Below, in pieces: positions 12,773 to 25,198 of a stretch of 64,000 bases of DNA. The notes below the pieces were generated by a model that was not told where the DNA came from, did no database searches, and worked only from the letters and a program-made list of their open reading frames with translations. Position 1 is the first letter of the stretch. Each line of letters opens with the position of its first letter. This DNA is from Podarcis erhardii (Eukaryota): the NCBI GenBank assembly GCA_964252035.1, contig OZ176211.1, one strand, 5' to 3'. The translations under genes were made by a program, and so were the position numbers.

Positions 12773-14189
12773 GACAGTCTTAAGGCTTAAAGAGCATAAT
12801 GGTTAGGTAAAATAAATTGGACACTTCACATTCACACTGTGGGTTTCTTTTGCCTTAAGTATGTTTTAATAGCCCAACACAACAACTTGTAACATTCTGA
12901 ATGCTGATCAGAGTATTGCTGTTGTTTACTGCTGCCAGATAAGCCCATGGGAACTTACTGATGAAGGAAGGGGCCCACCAGAGAATGCTTTGCCAAGCCC
13001 CCCACCCACAAAAACTGGATCCATTTCTTCTTTTCTCCTTCCAAAAGAACATGGCCTCCCCACCGCAATGAGCATCAAGAGAGATCTGTCATGGACATAA
13101 GAAGGCTTTTTTTAAAAAAAAAATGCCTGTGACTGATCCGTTGGAAAATATTTTATGTGACTTTGACCAACTGAGACTTTTTAATGTTAATATCTGCAGG
13201 TGACAGAAGAAATGCATCAACTTTTTTTTTTGCCACACAGTTTTGATCTACAATATCTCTTTGAAGATTGGGAGAAGCATAGCATACTCACTGAAACAAG
13301 CTCTTCAAGGAAATAAGAAAGAGTGAGAGAGATCGAGAGAGGGAGAGAATTTGATCGTCATGCAAGGAAAATATCAAGATGGATAGAATGCAGAGATGAA
13401 CACTAAATGTCAGTTTCTGGACTATAATGAAAATGGCCTGCATTCCTATTATTTCCTGTCCTCAGGTCTCATTATAGTCATTTTACCAATGAATACATGC
13501 ATAGTATGCTATTTCCTTTTCTCATTACCATCTTTGTCATGGAAAAGAGGCTATCAGAATCTTAATGACTCAGTTATTTAAGCCATTTCTGTATTCTTTA
13601 TATTTTGAACAACCTCTCTGTTTCACTTCTTCCCCACAGGTTATTAATGCCGAGAATGGGAATTGCCATCAAATTGCTGAACAATGAAAAGGCCAAAGTA
13701 TCAGGATTGCTATTATCTCCGCAACAAAGATTATAACAAGAGCGAGAAAGAGGGCCAGGATGAATTCAGCGCGTGTCTCCCCAAGGCAACTGACATTAAC
13801 AAATATGATAAAGAGCTAGATCTGAAGTCCGTGGAAGTGAAGGGAAAGACTTCCAAGGTCCCAAAGTTACTCACCCTGATGATGAGGTGCTGTGTTAGCG
13901 TTGTTTTGTTAGCTCCCTACTTCTGCGAATGGTGTGGAAGTTCCAGGGGCAGTTTGGCTTCCTTTGAAAGCAGAGCTCACTAGAGGCAGAGGGCTAAGCA
14001 GGAAGACAGCCTTGGAAGAGAATGGCATCAAACATCCGCCTCCCTATATATCTTTTAGCTAAATCCCATTTTGAAAACACACATTTAAATGTGGTGTGTG
14101 TGTAACAGGATTTCCTTGTGACTGGTTTCCTTGTGACTGAATAAAATTATACTGTGGTCCAGGTTGTATTGGTGTTTCACAACTTTGAC

Positions 14190-14578
14190 CTGTTGCAGGA
14201 CCTTAGCCAGACCTTAGCAGAGCATACGCAGAGTTCCAGAAAGCAATCATTGCAGGCAGGATGGACGAAGCAGGAACAAGAAGCTGCTGCTAGTAACTCT
14301 AGTTACTTAGAGGTGTTTATTATTTACAGCAGTCTCTACAAGTTACTATATACAAGAACAGAAACGGATCTTAACTAGCTCTCTCTTAACAAACTCCAAA
14401 TGACTCTCAGAACTCAGAACACCACACTGACCAACAAACACTCCAGTCAGTAAGGTCGTAAGTCATCATGCCTCTGTGAGACCTCCAAGGCTTCATATCT
14501 CTAGGCAGAATAACTCCTCTCTGCTCAGTCATCTTGGCTTTCGGCCAACGCTTAATTTACTCTGTGTGAAGCTGCACA
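14190..14578 (-). mobile_element. Possible LTR remnant
   Basis: TG...CA ends, with TATA-like and AATAAA motifs on the minus strand; no TSD found. Confidence 0.3.
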
Positions 14579-14825
14579 GAATGGCACGTAATCAAAAATC
14601 CCAACAGGTTGTGTGTGCTGATCGCGGAGGGATGAATGTCTTGCTTTGCCTTGTAGATCCCTGGAGGGTAGACTTCATGACTTTGGGGTTCATCCCCATA
14701 CTATGCTTCTCTGATTTCTGATGGAGCCAAAATGGCACCGCCAACATGCAAGATAAAAATATTAGTGTGCTTGGAGGAGCCCCAAAGTTTGCAGAAGTAC
14801 AAGGAAATTAGAGTTTTGGAAAATA

Positions 14826-15604
14826 TGTAAGACCTCCCCTTCAGAAAAAAACCCAAAAACATTATCACTCAAGATGACCCTTCTGAAGACTCCTTCCAGT
14901 TCCTACAGAAGATATTGAACCTTCGCCCCTTATGTCTGTTGTTTTGCTTCCTGTCCAGCAGCCCTCCCATTCGCTAACTCTTTGGACTTACTGGATCAGC
15001 TCCAACCTCTTCCTGTTCCGACAGACTGCTTCTGTGTCTGTTTGCACCTGTTTGAGCTTCCTGAGAGATTTGGCTGTGTCCCAGCCCACTCTCAGTTGTT
15101 CCCTTGGCAACTGGCCATCCAAGGTCTGAGGGAGTCGGTGTTGGCAGCTCTGGCCTCTGCTCAGCCTGCGTCAATTCTAAACCTCTCTGTTCCTGCCCGT
15201 ATTCTGCAGCTGGCTGTAAAGTTCCCCTTGGAGCTGGCTCATTCCTGACACCTTCCTAGCAAACAGCATCTTCCCTTATGGTAGCTACTCATGGCCAAAT
15301 GTCTTTGAGTCCTTTGTTTCTGTACTCTTAACGAATACCACATTCTGGGAGAAGGGGGATCAGAAATACTTTCCAGTGACAACGTGTCATCTGGTTGCCC
15401 GGCTGCAGTTCCCCCCACTTCTTCTAACACTTCCCAACTTTTCAGTTTCTCTCTCTCTGAGCTGTGACTTTCCTCAAACCCCTCAAACCCCTGCTGTAAT
15501 TCAAGGCTGTCTCCCTCTTCTCCTGCAGCGTCTGGAGAAGGGGTGTGTGTGATCTCCACCATTCCTTCTCCTCCTTTTCACCCTCTTGAGTCCAGTCCTT
15601 GACA
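14826..15604 (-). mobile_element. Solo LTR (Gypsy-like, GA-rich), containing a nested LTR
   Basis: TGTCAAGG start at 15604 and ...CTTACA end at 14826; its frame is homologous to that of the LTR at 25295-25765. Outer TSD not found and the left end is uncertain. Confidence 0.65.
14884..15250 (-). mobile_element. Solo LTR nested in the previous LTR
   Basis: TG...CA ends; 5-bp TSD CCTTC at 14879-14883 and 15251-15255. Confidence 0.65.
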
Positions 15605-16957
15605 TCAGGGCACCTTGTTGGCTACCCCTGCTGTAGCATTTTGTCCCATGTCTGACTTCTTCTTCTCTTGCTTGGGCATCAGAGCCAGTTCAAATGTTAT
15701 ATTGTACCAGGCACAATATTGCAGAGCTGAGATTCACTAGCACTCTCTCTCTCTCTCTCTCTCTCTGTGTAAATGCTCATCAAATAGTAAAATCCAGATT
15801 GCTGGCGCATGGATCTCACCCACAGTCAGATCCAAGTGCTCCAGAGATCACTTCAGGTCACTTTGAGAGAATCATGTTGAGATGCGTGAGTCAGCAATTT
15901 GGTGTTAACATTATTAGTGGGTATGCAGGAAAGCACAAGTAATTTGTGTGCATTCACCATGCCTCCCGCAGTGTAAAATTCAAAACAGCCCTTGGGCTGC
16001 CTATGTATTAGGGGAGATGACTCTCAAAGGGTGAGTCACCCAAACAGCCACAATAGCCCACCAGGACTACAATGTCTCATTGCAGATCTGTAAAAAGAAG
16101 AATGGAGAAATTAAAAGTGACATTTTTAAAGCCCTACCTTTATAATCCAAATGTATGTGCGGAGAATTTAATTAGCGTCATAATTTTTCTAAGTTCAAGC
16201 CATCCCCAGAGTAACTTTAATGTAACTTCTGAAATTAATTAGAGCATATTATTTCTTAGAGGAAACAACCCTTTACAGTCTGCTTTGCAGTCACTGTTTC
16301 TTCATGTTATCTTTGAAACATTCTCGTGATCTTCAGCAGAAACGCCAACTTAATAAAGTTCTTAGTATTAAGTGAGGCTGCTTGAAGCCTGATGAGCCAA
16401 AACTGTGTATGCCATTTCTCTCTATTGCTAAGCCGGAGTTTCTGAAATACTTATTAAAAGGGTTTGAAAATGAGACAGAAATCAGCGTATTTTATGAAAA
16501 GAATTACTCATTTTCTGAGCCCTCCAAATTGTCCTAAAGAAGTTCCATTTGTCGTTTCCAACCCTTTATTTCCCCTGAAACGGAACCATAATTCAGTTAT
16601 CTGCTTAACTCCCTTTTTAGAACATGCACTTTTCTTGATGGCAATAATAATCAACAGAGATAAATTAAATTAATATCTTTACTGATGCAATAAATTAAAT
16701 CACTGTCTCCCTTTATCTGTCATCGGAGTGCAATATCACACGACAGGCTATCAAAACATTCATTTCTGGGTCAGAGATTCATGTATTAAGTTGGAAGCGT
16801 TCCTTATTTCATCTACTATTGTTACATAAATAGTAATGATAAGGACAAGCTGCAATAAAATGTTGCTGTGTGAACAAGGTCAGCTCACTTATAAGCTAAA
16901 GTGAGCTGCTTGCCTCAAGTGGTTGGTTACCAGGGTGGCGGATCAATGCCTCTAGCC

Positions 16958-17208
16958 CAGGTGTCAGCAAACTTTTTCAGCAGGGGGCTGGTCCACTGTC
17001 CCTCAGACCTTGTGGGGGGCCCGGACTATATTTTTTTTGGGGAAATGAACAAATTCCTATGCCCCACAAATAACCCAGAGATGCATTTTAAATAAAAGGA
17101 CACATTCTACTCATGTAAAAACACACTGATTACAGGACCCTCTGCGGGCTGGATTTGGAAGGCGATTGGTCCAGATCTGGTCACCTGCCCTTAGTTTGCC
17201 TACCCATG
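16958..17208 (+). mobile_element. hAT (Charlie-like) MITE, short version
   Basis: CAGGTGTCAGCAAACT...AGTTTGCCTACCCATG; TSD CTCTAGCC at 16950-16957 and 17209-17216. Confidence 0.88.
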
Positions 17209-17216
17209 CTCTAGCC

Positions 17217-17664
17217 ATGGGTCAGCAAACTAAGGCCCAGGGGCCGGATCAAGCCCAATTGCCTTCTGGATCCAGCCCGTGGATGGTCCAGGAATTGCTG
17301 CGCGGATCATCAGCGTGCACAGGTTGTTTCCCTCTCTCTCACATGGCAGTGGTGGTGTTTCCTCCCTCCCTCCTCCTGGCTTCTCCCCGCCCTGCCTACA
17401 GGAGGAAGGGAGCTGGGCTTTGTTGGTGCCAGCAGCAGCAGTGCTCGAGCAGCAGCCATTTAAAGCAGCCATTCTCCGGAGCCCTTTCAATCACCGCTCA
17501 TCGTCCCTCCGCTGCCAGCCCCTGCCGCTCGCAAGACACAGGTAGGCAGCCACTGGGGCTCATGGTGCTCTTGCATCATTTTTCCCCCAAAATATAATCC
17601 GGCCCCCCACAAGGTCTGAGGGACAGTGGACCGCCCCACTGCTGAAAAAGTTTGCTGACCCTTG
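17217..17664 (-). mobile_element. hAT (Charlie-like) MITE, long version, inverted
   Basis: Its right end is the reverse complement of the left arm of the previous element; flanked by CTCTAGCC and CTCTCGCC (17665-17672). Confidence 0.85.
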
Positions 17665-17894
17665 CTCTCGCCCATCACCAGAGGTGCCAGCTTCTCAGGA
17701 TGATGAAGCTGATACATGCCCTTACATGGTGTGTGTAATGTGTGAGAAGCCAGGGGGCGGAGCCAAATGCCTTCTGAACATTGAGGGGGCCCAGCTCCCT
17801 CAAAACCCCCCACATTTTGGGGGCACTGATGCTTCAGCCCCTAGGAGCCGGTGCCTCTGTCCATTACCCACTGTTTTCACCCTCCATCCCATGC

Positions 17895-18133
17895 AGAGCT
17901 GCAGTGCCTTTTCGGTGGTGGCGCCCACCCTGTGGAACGCCCTCCCAACAGACGTCAAAGAAATAAACAACTATATGACTTTTAGAAGACATCTGACGGC
18001 AGCCCTGTTTAGGAAAGTTTTAAATGTTTGATGTCTTCCATTTTTAATCCATTTTTAATCCCCAGAGTGGCTAGGGAAACCCGGATGGGTAGGGTATAAA
18101 TAATGAATTATTATTATAATATTATATTATTAT
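17895..18133 (+). mobile_element. L2 LINE 3' end
   Basis: AFSVVAPTLWNALPTDVKEINNYMTFRRHL plus TTA-rich tail. Confidence 0.85.
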
Positions 18134-18186
18134 TGACCACTTGCTGCTGCTGACCAGCCAGTCACTCCCCAATATAAGAACAACAA

Positions 18187-18335
18187 TAACTTTATTATTT
18201 ATATGCTGCCCATCTGACTGGGTTTCCCCAGATACTCTGTGTGGCTCCCAACAAAATATTAAAAACACAGTACAACATCAACCATTAAAAACTTCCCTGA
18301 ACAGGCCTTCAGATATTTTCTGAAAGTCAAATAGA
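18187..18335 (-). mobile_element. L2 LINE 3' end (inverted relative to the previous copy)
   Basis: Reverse complement of the same 3'UTR (GCCCATCTGACTGGGTTTCCCCAG...AAAAACTTCCCTG). Confidence 0.8.
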
Positions 18336-19232
18336 TCCAGTGGTTATAGAAATAATCTACTATTTTCCCATTCCAGCTAGGACTGATGGGAGCTGGAATC
18401 CACCAGCACCCTTATTTTAAACAGAGATGCTGTGCTCTTCTGCCTGCCAAGCCGCTGCTCTGTAACTGAGACATGGTCTATTCCCTGCCCCCCAGCCCCG
18501 GCCCATCAGCTGATCCCCACATCTTTCCATGCCGTTCCTCTCCTTCCGCTCCTTGGGGACCAGCCATGGACTGTGACAGAAGGAAAGCACGTGCTTCTTC
18601 CAACTCGTTTTCAATGGGTTATAAATAGAAGCAGAAGACTAAGCTTAAATAAGTGCCTCCTTTAATAAAAGTGTCCCATGTGCCGAAATAGGAAGAGGGG
18701 GGAAAAAACTGTTTTCATGGAAATGTTCAAGAAGTGATTTCAGGAACAATATCGGAAGAGTGATGAGATTATTAATGAGTCAGGCTCACACAGCTGGGCC
18801 TGAAAAACAGACTCCGACACTTTCCATTTTAAGATGATTTCCCTCTCTCTCTTTCTCTGTGATTTACTTTGCTTCAGTCCGGTTCTGAATGGGTTTGTAC
18901 ATTGGATAACAGCCAGAATAAGAGAAACACATTTTTTAAAAAATGCAGTTGTAGCCTGTCCATCTCCCAGGGAAGGGATGAGGCACCTGTGGTCCTCTAA
19001 ATGTTGCTGGACTACATATCCCATCATCTCCTGCCCATTGGCTATGCTGGCTGGGACTAATGGGAGATGGAGTCCAATACCATCTGGAGGGCCTCAGGTC
19101 CCTTGCCCCGCCCCAAGGTGCTGGACAGGGTAAATGCATTGTAATTATCTTACCCTAGACAGGGCTACTGCAGGTTTTGAAGGGGGCTTGGGCAAAGTGT
19201 TCTAAAGTACATCCCCCTCACAAGTTAGTGAG

Positions 19233-19505
19233 CTCAGACTGAGTCCAGACCAAAGGCCAAGCGGAACAGCTCTGTCTTGCAGGCCCTGCTTAAAGATGTT
19301 AAGTCTCGCAGGGCCCTAGTTTCTTGTGACAGAGCGTTCCACCAAGTTGGGGCCAGTACTGAAAAGGCCCTGGCCCTAGCTGAGACCAATCTAACCACCT
19401 TGTGACCAGGGACCTCCAAAATGTTGTCACTTGTGGACCTAAAGGTCCTCTGTGGGGCATACCAGGAGAGGCGTTCCCGTAGGTACGTGGGTCCTAGGCT
19501 GCATA
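19233..19505 (-). mobile_element. L2 LINE fragment
   Basis: LGPTYLRERLSWYAPQR...RAFSVLAPTWWNALSQE; a + strand copy of the same subfamily lies at about 24105-24482. Confidence 0.85.
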
Positions 19506-19597
19506 GTCCAGCATCTTCACTGTGGCCCATCTAGACCAGCATCTTCACAGTGACCAACCAGATGCCCATGAGGAACCCTCAAACAGTACCTGAGCAC

Positions 19598-19761
19598 CAG
19601 TGGCGTAGCGTGGGTTGTCAGCATCCGGGGCAAGGCAAGTAATTTGCGCCCCCTAACCTGTGGATTTTAGCAGGGGGCAGAGAGCTGCGAGTGCGAGCGC
19701 CCCCCCAGATGTTGCGCCCAGTGCAGCCGGCCGCCCCTGCACCCCCCACGCTATGCCACTG
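19598..19761 (+). mobile_element. hAT MITE (same family as 310-477)
   Basis: Same TIRs; 8-bp TSD CTGAGCAC at 19590-19597 and 19762-19769. Confidence 0.92.
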
Positions 19762-22700
19762 CTGAGCACAAGAGCTCTCTCGTCTCCTAGGGTTTCCAGC
19801 AACTGGTATTTCAAAGCATTACTGTGTAGAGGAGAAGGAAGAGAAAAAGCACATAGCTTAGAAGCCCTCTTCACACCTTCACAGAGGTGGGGCACACGGG
19901 GCATTGTGGGCGGAAGGAGGTAACACCACTGTATTAGCTACTCATCTTTACACATGTTATTCATTCATAAAACCAGAACAGAACTTCTGGGGTTTATTCA
20001 TTCCTGACCACTTCCTCCCATGTTTTGGCCTTGCATTTGCAACAAGAGCATCAGGATACGGTGTGCTTATGTTCGTAGGAAGTAGTTAAAGGAAAAAGAA
20101 AGAACAGTTGTGTGCATTTGATACTCTTTTTTTTATTGGGATAAGGAGGGCGATGGGAAAATCTGCATTTTGGTTGAGAAGGGTCATGGCTATCTTATTC
20201 CCTATCTCATTCCTTCCTAGACAGCTCTCTTTGATGTTGCAGTTCAAGCATATCACATCAAGCTCTTGTGACACACAGCCAGATGGGAGAGGCTAAAAGT
20301 CAGCCCAAGCATCGATTTTGAAAAAAACACACACCCTGGCAGATTCCAGGGATCCATATTTAGCGCCGCTCGCCTGCAGCAAACATCTCAGGCTAGCAAT
20401 GTTCAGAAACCAATGGGTGGAAGAACAAAGGAGGCAACCTCTTGTAAGGTTCTCGTTGCCAGTGGTCATTTGTCTTTTCATTGTTACAAGCAAAAGCAGA
20501 CAAACTGTTGGAGGCGGTATGTGCCTGAATGCCAGTGTCTGGAAGCCACAGGAGGGCAGAGTGCTCTTGTGGTCAGGTCCTGCTAACAGGCATTGTTGTC
20601 AGGAGCTCAGCCTACACTCGAGTAGGACCCTGGCAGAGACACATGCCTGACTGGCATGTTCTCTCCCTCCTGGTCGATTGTTTGGGAGCTTCAGAAGCTT
20701 TCTTCAGCCCGAACATCACAGCGACCAATGCCAACCAACACCGGCAACCTTAGGGATCGGTAGAGTCTTCGCAGTTCGCGTAACATACCTCAGCAACTCA
20801 GCATTTTGGCTAATCTACTTTATTTACATATAAACACACATGGAGCACTGCAACATGGCTCCCCCTCTCTCTAGCATCAGACAGCAACGAGATGGAACAA
20901 AGGACAATAATCCCACTTCATGGGACACAGTAACACAAACCTCCTGTCTCCATCACTTCCCACTTTGTGGAGTCAAAACATACCACGTCATGTGAAAGAC
21001 AACAATCCCATGACTGCAGCCAAGGAGCAGGAATTCTAACAGGCATCTGGTTGGCTACTGTGAGAACAGGATGCTAAACTAGATGGGCCAATGGCCTGAG
21101 CAAGCAGGGCTCTTACGATAAAGATGATAAACTAGAGAAAAGCACATGCAGAGCAACAATGCTGGTATCTCAAGTAATATCTCTTTGATTCTTCATTTTG
21201 GCTGATTAGGTTTTTAATATGTCATTAGCAGTGTATCCTCTATCCTGGTCAACATCTGAATTTATTTGAAATTGTTACACCCACACCTGATTTTATACAT
21301 GCAATTGTTTTAATTGTTTTTACGTTTGCAATTACTTTGTATATGGTTTATATTGTATTGTGAAATTGCTTTGAGATGCTTCATAGGAACCAATTAAGAA
21401 ATGAAATAACAACCAAACAAATAAACAAGCAAACAAATAAAAGTGTGTAAGTAACTCTTAACAGAGAACAGTGAATCATGGTGAGGGAAAAGCATTAATT
21501 TTCTGAACTTCTTCTTAGATTGGAGGGGTGGTGGAATCACTTTCCCTCCAGATCTTTTCTTTTTGGACGAAATGCTTTTGGCACAAGATGGTGCCCTTCA
21601 CTATATACACACACACAAACACACACGCAGGTGCTGACAGCCAAGCTCCTGCTAGGGACTTCTTCTTTGTTCCGGACCAGACAGTCTATTTCTGCTTGGT
21701 AACAGCAAGCCTAATGGACCCTTATTATATAGCTCTCTCTGGAAATCATGCCAGTGCTCCTTCAGAATTGGCCGAGAGCTGTGTTGAATCAATGAGGCAG
21801 CTGGCACCCTCCCCGGAGACTGAATGCTTTACCTTTTTGATTCATGCAGTCTATGCGAGCAGAGATCCAGGATGCCATGAGTGATTTCTCTTAGAGGCAG
21901 GTGAGAACAAAAGAGCTTTGTAAACCCAATTCAATAGAAGCGGCAGACATGGTGCTCTATTGATTACGAAAATACATACGCAGTCCAGAAGCATTTTCTC
22001 CGTAATTGATTTCTGGGCGAGGTGGAGCTGAGAGTCCTAACAAATAAAACATTCCATACCGGGATTGCCCTGCCTATATCAGCAAATGTGTAGGATCGGC
22101 CGCAGCTTCTTATAAGCCGAGTTCTTTGCTGAACAACATTTGCCCACTGTAGATTATATACTCAGTCCTAGAAATGATAGATGGAGAGAGATGGATTCTC
22201 TTGCATTTCTGGCCATATAAATTCCAGAGAAATGATTACAGATGCATAGAAGTTCTGGGAGGGAGTTGCCCAAGAGTGATAAAGAGATCTTGGGGAAAAC
22301 TTACTATTATTGTTGTTATCTTGATTTATGTCCTCTCAAGAAAGCATGTAGAGTTTTATCCTCCTGCTGCTTTTACGGTTCACAACAGCACACTACCCTC
22401 AGGTTTGAAGATGGCACGGGAAGCAGTCTTGAACCAATGCCAGCAGTGACTCTCTGTCAGTGCCCAAGAGGTTTGGTAACAAAGCTGAGAAATATGGCTG
22501 GGTCATGTTTGACTGAAGAGACCAGACCTATGAGAGGGTGGCTGAGGGCAAAGACTAACTACTTGCCGCCTCCTAGTTAGGTTTGTCTTTTTTCTCTGGA
22601 AGCAAGCTTGAATAGCTGCCAAAGCAAACTCTTTTTCATCCCTACCTCCCTTTGTTTCTGGAGAAGATTTATATAATTGCTTGCATTTGGGCCAGGCTTC

Positions 22701-23206
22701 TTTTAAATGTGGCTGGTGTTTCTGTTTTGTTTTGTTTTGCATGACTCGGGGATAATGTCCATGCAGTCTGAAGGTGAGGGTGCTGGGAGGCAATCGCTCA
22801 GTGCTGCTAGGCAAAGAAGCAAATTGTGATTGCAAACCAAAGAATATTTGTCAGGCTGTACAAAGAGGGCGTCTCTTCTTTAGGAAGGCTGGAGTCCAAC
22901 ACTTTGGCGTAGCATATAATTTTCTTATGCTGAGGGTTCATGCTGTGGTTCCAGCAAATATACCCTTGACTCGCATAATCCTTTAATATGCATTTCAGGA
23001 AAGGCTTTTAACACATAAAGGATGCTAGACAGAAGTTATGAAGAATGCTGATCCTTTCTGTGTTAAGAGAATTAAGCTGAAAGAGCAAAATCTAGCCTGC
23101 CAATGCTTATGTTTACCAAAGTACAATAAGCATTTTAAAGACTTTTATTGCCTCCTTTATATAACCTATTTATTAAATTATGCCCTTGCTCGTGACCTTT
23201 CTTGTA

Positions 23207-23448
23207 CAGTGGTACCTTGGGTTACAGACACTTCAGGTTACAGACACTTCAGGTTACAGAGTCCGCTAACCCGGAAGTAGTACCTCGGCTTAAGAACTTT
23301 GCTTCAGGATGAGAACAGAAATCGTGTGCCGGCGGTGTGACAGCAGCAGGAGGCCCCATTAGCTAAAGTGGTACCTCAGGTTGAGAACAGTTTCAGGTTA
23401 AGAACGGACCTCTGGAACGAATTAAGTACGCAACCAGAGGTACCACTG
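23207..23448 (+). mobile_element. Tc1/mariner MITE (family of 51-276)
   Basis: CAGTGGTACC...GGTACCACTG with TA TSD. Confidence 0.92.
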
Positions 23449-24104
23449 TAGATGGATATCCAGGTTGTCATTTACAGGAGGGTGCTAGCTGGTGTCTAAC
23501 TCCAGCTGCCCATGTTGTGCACAGGACATAGTATGAGAAGAAGTCTCAAGTGAGACTCCTCTAGCCTTGTTTAAACTAAAGCACATAAAAAGCCGGCTGG
23601 ATCAAGTCAATGACAAATGACAACATTCTGTCCTCACAAGTGGCCAAGCAGATGCCCGTGGGAACCAGCAAGCAGGACTCAAGCACAAGAGCCCTCTCTC
23701 CTCCTGGGGTTTCTAACAACTAGTATTCAGAAGTGTTACAGCCTCCAACCATCTAGGCAGAGTATAGTCATCATGGTTAGTAGCTCCATTTTGAAAAATA
23801 AGCATATCTTTCTGCATAATTTTTGCCCGGCTAATTGTTAAGTGGGCCAAGGATGTATACATGGCACTGATGCTCCCGCCCACCCACTTTTAAATATATA
23901 TACAGAGCCATGGGTTCTAGAAACTTGAATTCCTAGTGAAAGCTGAGCTTCTGCACCCACGCAGAAGTCATGGCCCACACACAGACCAGCCGTAAACTTC
24001 TTGGCCATTTCCCCTTCCACCCACTACAGCTTTTATTTCATCTCAATAGGATGGAGGTGTGTTTCTCCTTCCCAAATTGATGATGGCATCTAAAACACAG
24101 GGTA

Positions 24105-24435
24105 GCCCATCCCAGGCACTGGTAATCTCTTTAAGTGGTTCCATATTTCCCAGGCACCTTTCTTCTTCGATCTTTCTGCAGGGCCTGCAAGACAGAGCTG
24201 TTCCGCCTGGCCTTTGGTTTGGACTCAGTCTGACCCTTATGTCTTCCCTCCCCTTACGGTTTTGATCTATGGGCTACTTTTAAAATGAGGCTGCATTTTA
24301 AATTGCATTTTAACCTGTATTTTAAATTGTTTTTCTGTTCTTTTCTCCCCCCCCCCATTATGTTTCTATTGTAATTTTACTGATGTTGGCCGCCCTGAGC
24401 CTGACTGTGGCCAGGGAGGGAGGGGTATCAATAAA

Positions 24436-24481
<46 letters not shown>

Positions 24482-24482
24482 T
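24105..24482 (+). mobile_element. L2 LINE 3' end with (TTA)n tail
   Basis: GGGCCTGCAAGACAGAGCTGTTCCGCCTGGCC, 3'UTR and (TTA)n tail. Confidence 0.8.
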
Positions 24483-24964
24483 CTCCCACCTAATTTTCCT
24501 TGCATGATGTCACTTTCCTCTCCGCCTTTGCTTGCCATCTCATTCCCTATCAGCCGATACACGGTGGTGCAACAGGTGTTTCGATTTTGAGCCTTCTGCG
24601 GTTGGACATCAAAAGATGTCTTTCCTCATGTTCTCTTTCTTCTCTGCCAGTCCCTGCTTCTGGGCCTTCCCTGCTCCCTGTTTTTTTACAGTGGCCTTTC
24701 CTTGGTTCCACCCCACACCTTGCCATCAACTCGCATGCATTTTCTATTTGCGCACCTCACCTTTGCCAGGAGGACTTTGCTCTTGCCACATCAGACATTT
24801 TCCCTGCCTTATTCGAAACACTGCCTGCATCCCCCTTTACACTTGATAAGAACCCCTCTTGTTGGCAATTCATTTGACACTGTTTAGCATTTCCTGGAAG
24901 AGTGGTAGCATCCAGAGTGGCTGCACAGAATAAGACAAACAACTAGTGTTATGTATGCCAGGCA

Positions 24965-25108
24965 TAGCACTGCTCACAACTCTGTGAGGTAGGTTAGGCC
25001 CAGAAGCAGGCTGGCCCAAGGTCACCTAAGGTCAGCTTTGGGACTGAGTGGGGATTTGAACCCATGTCCTGTTCTGACACTAACCACTGCACCACATTGG
25101 CTCTCAAT
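24965..25108 (-). mobile_element. MIR/CORE-like SINE
   Basis: CTGTGAGGTAGG...CCCAAGGTCAC...GGGATTTGAACCC; similar copies at about 43480-43630 (-) and 48590-48720 (+). Confidence 0.65.
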
Positions 25109-25198
25109 GGCTCCCAAGACATTTTTTTGCTGCTTGAGTCAAAGGACTACTTCTCTATTCCACATACAGAATCCAAAGAGATGGACCATTGAATCTTC

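Noticed and set aside
13621-13983. Strong acceptor (ttcttccccacag at about 13639) followed by a 99-aa ORF
   Set aside because: All three frames from the acceptor hit stops, there is no convincing donor, and I recognise no homology.
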